DNA from: Rubrobacteraceae bacterium
GTDB lineage: Bacteria; Actinomycetota; Rubrobacteria; Rubrobacterales; Rubrobacteraceae
DNA: 60,536 nt
Assembly (NCBI GenBank): GCA_035642415.1
Contig: DASQSI010000166.1
Location: 1 to 60,536 of the forward strand
Reading direction: 5' to 3'
The notes beneath the pieces were generated by a model that did no database searches, was not told the DNA's origin, and worked only from the letters and a program-made list of their open reading frames with translations. Position 1 is the stretch's first letter. Each line of letters starts with the position of its first letter. Below, piece by piece: positions 29,763-37,549 of the stretch. A program made the translations under genes and the position numbers.

Positions 29763-30217
29763 GCCGGGTGGGAAAGACATGCAGCTATCTGAATAGGATA
29801 TTCACGAGGCGTTCCTGCACCTCGGATGCGCGCTTATCTGCCTATGCTACGCTTAAGCACGATCGCAAGACACCGAAGCAGGCCGCTACAGAACTGTTTG
29901 CGCCCGAGTAGCGGCCCCTTCTTGGGGAAACGAAGCGCCCATCCTTCCCGGTGCACTCCTAAACCCCGTTCCCATCGCCCCTCCGACTAAAGTCCTAGAA
30001 GAGAAACGGCTCACTTGGCCGATGCGCGGCCCGATACTACTGCCATAATGGGAATGCGAAGCGAAAAACAGAGCGAGGCACACAGTCCTCCCTCGCCCCC
30101 ATGCTGGCAGGACGTGCGCGGGCAAATGGCGAGACCCAGACATTAGAAAAACAGGGTGAAAGCAAGCTCTTCGGGAAAAAGGCCACATTTGTAGATGCGC
30201 GTCGCCTCCTGCGCGAG

Positions 30218-30263
30218 CGTAAGGCTTCGTAAACGAACGTAAGGCTTCGTAAACAGTTAATCT
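30218..30263 (+). promoter_or_regulatory. Phased CGTAA direct repeats upstream of the FAD oxidoreductase
   Basis: CGTAA at 30218, 30228, 30238 and 30248, followed by a TAATCT -10-like hexamer. Confidence 0.55.
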
Positions 30264-30294
30264 GTTAGGGATACCGAGAAAGGAGCGATGGGTT

Positions 30295-31725
30295 ATGGCG
30301 GATCTACGAATCGTCACACTCACAGGGGCGGATGCCGCGCTCGGCGAAGCGATCGTAGAACGGTTCGGATCGAGACTGCGTGACGAGTTGCTTCGTCCCG
30401 GCGATGCCGGCTACGAGGAAGCTCGCCTAATCTGGAACGGCTTGATCGATAAGCGTCCAACTCTCATCGCCCGTTGCGTCGGCGTCGCCGACGTCATCGA
30501 CTCAGTGAACTTCGCCCGCGAAAACGATCTCCTCGTAGCGGTGCGCGGTGGTGGTCACAACGTCGCCGGCAACGCCGTCTGCGACGGCGGCCTCGTCATC
30601 GACCTCTCTGCTATGAGAGGGATCCGCGTCGACCCCAAGCGGCGCACGGCCCGCGCCGAAGGAGGCGCTACCTTGGGCGACCTCGACCGTGAGACACAGG
30701 TCTTCGGGCTGGCTACGCCCCTGGGCGTGGTCTCAGAGACGGGGATCGCCGGGCTGACCCTGGGCGGCGGCATCGGCTGGCTACGAAGGAAGTACGGCCT
30801 TAGCTCCGACAATCTCGTCTCGGTGGACGTCGTCACCGCCGACGGCCGCTTCCTCACGGCCAGCGAGACCGAGAACGAAGACCTCTTCTGGGGCATAAGG
30901 GGCGGCGGAGGCAACTTCGGCGTCGTCACCTCCTTCGAGTACCGCCTGCACCCGGTGGGACCTGAGGTGATGTTCTGCTTCGTGCTCTACCCCGGCGATA
31001 GGACCAGGGAGGTGCTGAAGTTCTGCGAAGAGTACGTGGCCGAAGCGCCCGACGAGGTGAGCCCTTTGGGTGTTCTGGGCCACGTCCCTCCCGTGGAGAT
31101 CTTCCCTGAACGGTGGCACGGAGAACCCTACGTGGCGCTCCTGGCCATGTACGTAGGCGACGTAGAGGAGGGCGAGCGAGTGTTGCGGCCCCTGCGCGAG
31201 CTAGGCGGGCCCATCGCGGACCTAAGCGCGAGGATGCCGTACACCGAGGCGCAAGCCGTCCTGGACGAGGACTACCCCAACGGGTGGCACTATTATTGGA
31301 AGTCGGTGAACGTGGACGGCCTTAGCGACGAGGTGATCGAACGCCTCATGGAGCACGCATGGGCAGCCCCCTCCGGCCACTCCACCATCGACGTCTGGTA
31401 CCAAGGCGGCGCCACGAGTCGAGTCGGGGCCGGCGAGACCGCTTTCGGCGACCGCAGTGCCCCCATCCTGATCGGAATCGAGGCCAATTGGGAAAGGCCG
31501 CAAGACGATGAAGCGAACATAGCCTGGGGCAGGAGGTGTTTCTCCGACATGCGACGCTTCTCTGACGGCGGGATGTACCTGAACTTCCCCGGCTTCTTAG
31601 AAGAAGGGGACCAGCTGCTGCGCGATGCCTACGGCGCGAACTACGAGCAGCTGGTGGCGCTTAAGAACAAATATGACCCTACCAACCTGTTCCGCCTCAA
31701 CCAGAACATAAGACCCACCGCCTAA
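30295..31725 (+). CDS. FAD-binding oxidoreductase (BBE/GlcD-like)
   Basis: RGGGHN (covalent FAD His), GLTLGGGIG, RGGGGNFGVVT, YLNF and KYDPTNLF motifs. Confidence 0.93.
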   Translation: MADLRIVTLTGADAALGEAIVERFGSRLRDELLRPGDAGYEEARLIWNGLIDKRPTLIARCVGVADVIDSVNFARENDLLVAVRGGGHNVAGNAVCDGGLVIDLSAMRGIRVDPKRRTARAEGGATLGDLDRETQVFGLATPLGVVSETGIAGLTLGGGIGWLRRKYGLSSDNLVSVDVVTADGRFLTASETENEDLFWGIRGGGGNFGVVTSFEYRLHPVGPEVMFCFVLYPGDRTREVLKFCEEYVAEAPDEVSPLGVLGHVPPVEIFPERWHGEPYVALLAMYVGDVEEGERVLRPLRELGGPIADLSARMPYTEAQAVLDEDYPNGWHYYWKSVNVDGLSDEVIERLMEHAWAAPSGHSTIDVWYQGGATSRVGAGETAFGDRSAPILIGIEANWERPQDDEANIAWGRRCFSDMRRFSDGGMYLNFPGFLEEGDQLLRDAYGANYEQLVALKNKYDPTNLFRLNQNIRPTA

Positions 31726-31771
31726 GAATACTTCAGGGGTCGCCTCAGCAAGGGAAGAAAGGAGACAGTGT

Positions 31772-32598
31772 ATGCAACAGGATCCTTCCCAGCTTCGGTT
31801 CGCTACGACGCAGCTCACGCCGGGTCCGCGAATGCCCTACGCCGAGCAGGGAGATCCAACAGGGGAAGCCATCATCTTCCTTCACGGGTACTCCGATTCG
31901 TGGTTCTCCTTCAGCCGGGTGTTTCTCTTACTCTCTCCCGCCTACCATGCCTTTGCGTTCCACCAGCGCGGACACGGAGACTCGGATAAGCCCGAATGCT
32001 GCTACACGGTGGACGACTTGGCCGTCGACGTAGATGCGTTTATGGACGCGGTCGGGATCAACGAAGCGACCATCGTTGGTCATTCTGGAGGCACTTTGAT
32101 CGCGCCACGGGTGGCGCTGAGCTATCCACAGTGCGTTAGTCGTCTCGTCCTGATAGGGGCAGCAATAATGGGAGCGAATAACGAGACAATGTTGGGGCTA
32201 GGGGAGGAGGTGCGCGCGCTCGAAGATCCCATCCCGTCCGAGTTCGCGCGGGAGTTCCAGGTGAGCACGATCCACCATCCGGTTCCGGGCGAGTTCCTCT
32301 CGCCGGCGGTCTCCGCGAGCCTCAAGCTCCCGACTCACGTCTGGCGCGATTATATGGAGGGGGTGATCCTTACACCCGATCATGCGGCCCGGCTTGGTGA
32401 GATTAACGCGCCGACGTTGATCATGTGGGGAGAGCAGGACGCCGTCTTCCCACGCGAAGAACAGGACCGGCTTGCGAGTACGATTCCCGATGCCACGTTG
32501 AGGGTGTACCCCGCGACCGGCCACGCGGTGCACTGGGAGCCCCCGAGCAGGTCGTCTGGGATGTGGAGGCGTTCATGAAAAACACACGTCTCGCCTAG
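31772..32598 (+). pseudogene. Alpha/beta hydrolase with a probable frameshift near the C-terminus
   Basis: HGYSDS, GHSGG, WGEQD and GHAVHWE motifs. A frame shift in the C5 run at 32540-32544 restores the typical tail PEQVVWDVEAFMKNTRLA* (stop 32598). The track ORF ends at 32578. Confidence 0.75.
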
Positions 32599-32818
32599 TC
32601 CTTTACCTGGAGACTAGCCAATAGAGCCGGGGCTGTGGTGCCCAGCTCACCGGTTTTGAAACGCACTCTAAGTATTAGGCGTGGTGACTAAATTGTTATA
32701 TCGCAGCAGGAGATGTGTTGTGTTTTAGTCACCCCACAGAGAGTAGACCCTCGGCGCCGACGCTCGCGACGCCCTATGCCCTCTAGGGGTAGCTCACCGG
32801 GGCTAGGGACAAAGGCGC

Positions 32819-33040
32819 TTAGCTGTAGGAGAGCTGGCGGATAGTTTCAGCGTCTACGCCACACACCTCGCCGCCAGGGCTATGCCCAGAAGACCACCAA
32901 CTAACCTCGCCATCTTCGGGCAGTTCTCTGGTCACAAGGTGCTGCCGGTGGATGACGAGCGCTCGTTCTCCACCGTACTCACACACCTCTCCCTCTTGGC
33001 CACACTTCGGGCAAATAACTATATCGCCATACTGAGCCAT
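32819..33040 (-). CDS. Small putative zinc-binding protein (73 aa)
   Basis: GAGGAG RBS + ATG; CPKCG...H...C pattern; lies between a plus and a minus site. Confidence 0.65.
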   Translation of the reverse strand: MAQYGDIVICPKCGQEGEVCEYGGERALVIHRQHLVTRELPEDGEVSWWSSGHSPGGEVCGVDAETIRQLSYS

Positions 33041-33527
33041 CTATTCTCCTCGCACTATAAGGGCCTAAGCCCTCCTTTAAGGTTCTCTCCAGCATAATTG
33101 CCCGGGATCGTTCAAACGAAACATTGGAGGCGCAGCCTGCAACCTATGGGCAAAGGCCGGACAGCACTAAAACCTCCATAGCTCCGGTCTGTTGTCGTAG
33201 GGGATGCCGAGCGCAAAGAAAAGAACGGGATAGCTTGTGAGAAACTGTATTCTCAAAACCTATCCGCCTTCTGGCGTTACAAGCACTAGAGCCTTAGCTT
33301 CGAGAATGTGTAAAAGATAGTCCATCTGGACCATGCGCCTGGCGCATTCCTTGTGGCCTAGAATCCTAGAGCACGTTTATAAGAAGGCGGTGAGAGATTT
33401 GCTCGTTACCCCGGTCCCACAAGGTAGGGGTTGAAGATAGAAAAGAAGCATACTTCGCAAAGTATTTGCGGGAGATAGCGCCACCCCTGCCGACGGGGTC
33501 TATAGGCAGCGGACCGGGGCTATGGGC

Positions 33528-33568
33528 AAAAGAAAGGGCCGGGCAGAAGAGCACCTATACCCGGCCCC
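33528..33568 (-). terminator. Rho-independent terminator abutting a repeat site
   Basis: gggccggg/cccggccc stem followed on the minus strand by TTTCTTTT. Confidence 0.7.
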
Positions 33569-33596
33569 TGCTTACTTATAACTCCTCCTACATAGA

Positions 33597-33878
33597 TCAC
33601 TTTTGTGGAGCTGGGCAGGTCGCCTCAGTAGGTGGCGATGTAATCTGGTCTGAGTGCTCAACGGCAGGAGTACCCGTCGGCGGCAACGGCAGGTTGCTGC
33701 CTTGTACAGTATTGTGCTCCTTGATGGCACCTATGGCGGTCGGGTTGTTACCTCCTGCGTTCTCACTCTGTCCGCACTGACCTCCTGGAAGGAAACTATG
33801 GTGGAAGGCCAGCGCTGGCGAAGCAGTCCCCGCTATCAATAACCCTGCCACAACCATAGCTAACAGTGCTCGTCGCAC
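33597..33878 (-). CDS. Small secreted protein (93 aa)
   Basis: AAGGAGGTGA RBS + GTG at 33878, signal peptide (RRALLAMVVAGLLIAGTASPALA|F), two Cys. Confidence 0.8.
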   Translation of the reverse strand: MRRALLAMVVAGLLIAGTASPALAFHHSFLPGGQCGQSENAGGNNPTAIGAIKEHNTVQGSNLPLPPTGTPAVEHSDQITSPPTEATCPAPQK

Positions 33879-34261
33879 GCTTTCACCTCCTTTCACTTTC
33901 CGCATTCGTCCGGAAGTCCGTTATACGAATGCATCCTTGGAACGGTTTCGTTAGAGCCCCGGTCAATACAAGATACGGAAGGGGCTGGCGCTAGAAAAGA
34001 AGCTAGGCAGCGGACCGGGGCTATGAGCAAAAGAAAAGGGGCCGGGCGTAATGGCGATAAATAGGGTGTAAATCGGGCCCGGCCCGAGACGAGCTGGCTG
34101 CTATGCATGTGGAGCGGATAATCGGTGCCAGCCCGGCTCTTATATTCGGGCTGGCGGGTTATTCTCGTGGTTGGAAAGCCTTGTGGGTTGCGCCAGCCCG
34201 GTTTATATAGGCACTCTACGCAACGCGAAGGGCTGCTGTCATGATCCAAATGGACTATTTT

Positions 34262-34438
34262 TCAAAAGCTACAGTCGTCTCCCTGCGGATCAGCTCTCCT
34301 CCTCTCCCAGGCATACCGGCACAGCGGGGCACGGTCATAGCCATCTCTTAGCTTGGCTCCGCAGTACCAGCAGACGCCTGCAACTTCTTCCTCCGACTCA
34401 GCGAACCGGGCATCTCATATTGCGTCTTCTTCGTCCAC
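34262..34438 (-). pseudogene. Degenerate small Cys-motif (zinc-finger-like) ORF
   Basis: VDEEDAI*DARFAESEEEVAGVCWYCGAKLRDGYDRAPLCRY...CSF*, with an in-frame TGA at 34415-34417. Confidence 0.4.
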
Positions 34439-35467
34439 CTTCTGATTCTCTAGGACACACGCTAATAGAAAATAGTCAATTAGGAGCTGGCGCTGGCCAA
34501 TAGCCCCGATCCGATAGGTCTAGGGGTTGGTGGTAGAAAATCAACCACCAGTAAAAATAGTGCATTTGGGTCATGCGTCGGCTTTTCGCTTGCTTCATCC
34601 TACACCCTAGACCCTGATGCCCGTATCCTCCTTTTCCCTAACTACTACCGACTCTATTACCGATACGGGCATCGGGTCTTACAAAGAGGGGCCGGACGGG
34701 GAGACCACTACATGTACCAGATGTGTGGGGAGGTCCGGCCCCTTTAACGCTACGGTACACACAATCGGGCGCACGGAACAAGGTATACCTCGCTTAACCT
34801 AAAGGCACTTACGCCCTATCTATCGTTGATTGCAGCCTCTGCCACAAAGTTAATGTTTCCAGGCCAAAGTTCTGCACTATTCATACGTAGTCGGACGTCC
34901 TACGCGGCGGTATACAATGCCTATGCTGTGGATAAACCGCTATATATCGTGGAAAACTCCCCCCTTCCCTACAATCCACAGTTGAGCCCGGCGGCACAGT
35001 CTCCCCATTGCTCCCTGTCGCCGGGCTCCTCATTACTTTACCTGCTCAGGGCTCGGCTACGCTAGACCTTTTCCTAGGCGTTTCTATGGCACAGCGCAAA
35101 AGAAATCCGAGGTCCCGGAGTAATGAACGGGGTATGCCAGTTGGGTGGGACCTCGGCGATAAAAAGGGGGCGTGGGGAGAAAGCTCGAGGAGACTATCTA
35201 GGGACGGAGTACTCAGACTCGGGAAAGAGTTCTGAGCATATCTCATCACGCACCCCATGGCCTGGCATCCTAGAGCACGTTTATAAGAAGGCGATGAGAG
35301 ATCTTCCCATAGCCCCGGTCCGATCGGCTATCCCTCGATACCCACCGAAGGAGGACGAGACGCTCCTGAATGTGGCGACCAAAACATCTAATCGTGTTAT
35401 TCGCAGTTGCAGATTCAGTCACCACATAAGCTGTGGCAAGGATCGTCTTCGATCACCGTACCCTGCC

Positions 35468-35719
35468 CTATAGGCAGCAGACCGGGGTTATGGGCAATAG
35501 AGAGGGCCGGAGGCTTGGTTGGTGTAAGCGCTCCACCCCCTCTTTTAGCGCCCGGTGTGCGGCCCCGCTGCTGGAACGCTTGGGGCCTCTGGTTCGGCAC
35601 GCAAGGCAGCTAGCGTAATAGTACGATCCAGCTTCGGTGGGGGTTACCACGATAGGGTAACTATGATCGCACCTGCCCTCACTACTAACATAAGGGGTAC
35701 GTAGTTCGCGCTCCATCAT
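35468..35719 (-). CDS. Small zinc-ribbon protein (Lar-like pattern)
   Basis: AAGGAG upstream of ATG 35719. CDH...YYASCLACRTRGP...AAHRAL resembles the CxxC..GP..A..A of Lar-type ribbons. The ORF reads into the repeat site. Confidence 0.5.
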   Translation of the reverse strand: MMERELRTPYVSSEGRCDHSYPIVVTPTEAGSYYYASCLACRTRGPKRSSSGAAHRALKEGVERLHQPSLRPSLLPITPVCCL

Positions 35720-35825
35720 ATAGAGCCGTCTCCTTTTCTGGTCCTTTCCCCGTACGGTCACGATCATAGGGGCGTCTTAGAGACAATTCATGGTCCAAAT
35801 GGACTATTTTTCCAAATGTGGAAGT

Positions 35826-35866
35826 AGAAAAAGAGCCGGAGTTCCTGATATAGAACCCCGGCCCTC
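35826..35866 (-). terminator. Probable terminator of the ABM-like gene
   Basis: gccggagttc/gaaccccggc stem with a T-tract on the minus strand. The right arm also resembles a minus repeat site. Confidence 0.55.
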
Positions 35867-35911
35867 TCCAGGCCAACCTGTCGCTAGTGGCAGATTTTAG
35901 AAAGGTTTTGC

Positions 35912-36259
35912 TTATCCTCCGGTCAGATGGTCCATTAGCCCTCTGTCTCGTTCTCCACGCGCCAATCGTAGTTCGAGGATGGGAACTTCATAGCTCTCTA
36001 CGCCCGCTAGCGCTGCGCCCGTAGCTTCTGCAGTCTCCACCCGTAAACGGTTAGCTTCCTCTTCAGTAGCCTGCAGGGCCCGCTCACTTTCCCAAAGGGA
36101 AATGCCGATCACCTCGCCTGTCTCGCTGTCACCAAGAGCGATGAACCCGTTGTAGCCGTCCTGCTGTTGGATTCGCGGTATGATTCGCTCCCTGAGATGG
36201 CGCAAGCCCTCATCCATCTGCTCTGGGGATCCTCCAAGCCTGGTCAGTCGGGCAAACAT
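35912..36259 (-). CDS. ABM/Dabb-fold-like protein
   Basis: MFARLTRL...IIP.IQQQDGYNG....D..TGEVIGISLWESE pattern; GAGG RBS. Confidence 0.75.
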   Translation of the reverse strand: MFARLTRLGGSPEQMDEGLRHLRERIIPRIQQQDGYNGFIALGDSETGEVIGISLWESERALQATEEEANRLRVETAEATGAALAGVESYEVPILELRLARGERDRGLMDHLTGG

Positions 36260-36602
36260 CTTGGTGCTTCGCCTCCTCTCTCCCGCTTTCCCCAGCGGGC
36301 CAGTAAGTACGCTCTGTCATGATGCCAGCTAGTGAGGGTCGATGCAGAAAACACCCGGATGCCCTCGCAGAGCCCTACAGGTAGCGGACCGGGGCTAGAG
36401 CAAACGAGAGCGCCGGGTGTTCGAGCGGGATGAACCTCCAGCTTCCTTGAGTCGGCCCCTTGCCTTGTGTCCAGCACCCCCTCGCCCTTATCTTCCCTAC
36501 CGCTTCTTTCCGTCGTGGCCTCTTTCACGTTTCTTTGGGGATGCATCGAGCTTCGACAAGTGCCATCCTTCATAAAAACGCAAGCAAGGGAGAAGGAAGT
36601 CG

Positions 36603-37085
36603 ATGAAGATCGAAGCCAAGCTGGAGGAACTGGGGTTGACGTTGCCACAACAAATGAAGACTCCACCGGGAGTCTACTTGCCTTTCTCATGGGTGCGGGT
36701 ACACGGTAACCGCACCTACATCTCCGGGCATGGTCCTCAGAACCCGGATGGCTCGCTGGCAGGACCATTCGGCAAAGTAGGAGCGGAAGTACCGTCGGAA
36801 CAGGCATACCAGGCAGCGCGTCTAACGGCGCTGTCGATGCTCGCTAGCCTCAAGCGTGCGTTGGGAGATCTGGATCGAGTAAGGGCATGGCTGAAGGTCT
36901 TTGGAATGGTTAATTCGGCGCCCGGCTTTGCCCAGCAACCGAGCGTTATCAATGGCTTCTCGGACTTGATAATCGAGGTGTACGGCCCTGAAGTGGGAGG
37001 GCACGCCCGCTCAGCAGTAGGCCTGGCGGAGCTGCCGTTCGGCATCCCAGTCGAGATCGAGGCCCAAGTCGAGGCCAGCGGTTAG
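36603..37085 (+). CDS. RidA/YjgF family protein
   Basis: YISGHGP, VINGFSDL, HARSAVG...LP...PVEIE motifs. Confidence 0.92.
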   Translation: MKIEAKLEELGLTLPQQMKTPPGVYLPFSWVRVHGNRTYISGHGPQNPDGSLAGPFGKVGAEVPSEQAYQAARLTALSMLASLKRALGDLDRVRAWLKVFGMVNSAPGFAQQPSVINGFSDLIIEVYGPEVGGHARSAVGLAELPFGIPVEIEAQVEASG

Positions 37086-37119
37086 CAAACCGATCCTGAG
37101 TACGATCACAACTAGTACC

Positions 37120-37406
37120 CCGCGGCCCACGCAATCTGCACAAAGCAAGTCGCCAACAAACCACCCGAGAAGTTCATCTTCCTCTACGACTTCCGAGAGG
37201 ACTCGGTTCAGAACCCTATGCCCGCAGCAGGAGCAACTACTGCTCTTAGCGTGCGCGATGGTCGCCGCCGTTAGATGCTTGTAGGTGACGTTCCTGATCT
37301 GAAAGTCCGAGCACCGACAAGTCTCGCGAGCAACGTCAACCTCATAAACCCTACCCGCAACCGCGTCGCTCGTGATGTGCCAGACACTATCCGAACCTCT
37401 GGCGAG
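37120..37406 (-). pseudogene. Remnant of a SWIM zinc-finger / zinc-ribbon protein
   Basis: Manual translation VYEVDVARETCRCSDFQIRNVTYKHL (SWIM CxC..CKH with C>Y), then CSCCG...CADC. No start codon. Confidence 0.6.
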
Positions 37407-37549
37407 CTAGCGAGGAGACTTTGACGAACCTATGAATTCTCATAGGAACGTTCGCAGGAGTGTCTACGGTAGGGGAAAGTGTAATAGTATGCGGGTAAGA
37501 CGTGGGCTACACCTTCAAGCCCCAAGCTTAGCAGGAGAATTGAAGAGCC

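Larger units (their letters stand above)
32778..36404. repeat. Array of ~30-bp conserved sites (CCCTA-N6/7-CGGACCGGGGCTATGGGCAA) in both orientations
   Basis: Plus copies: 32778-32813, 33500-33530, 34003-34031, 35465-35497, 36372-36404. Minus copies: 33176-33204, 33399-33430, 33951-33984, 34494-34526, 35304-35330. Confidence 0.85.

Noticed and set aside
34262-34438. Selenocysteine or other recoding of in-frame stops (also at 20581 and about 19180)
   Set aside because: No redox motif context or SECIS-like hairpin was seen; ordinary nonsense decay is simpler.
32778-36404. CRISPR array interpretation of the repeats
   Set aside because: Copies are degenerate, in both orientations and 20-900 bp apart, with genes between them; no cas genes are present.
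32778-36404. Classical integron attC array or canonical dif/pdif sites
   Set aside because: No RYYYAAC/GTTRRRY cores, no IntI, and no ATAA-N6-TTATGTTAA dif pattern; only the architecture is similar.
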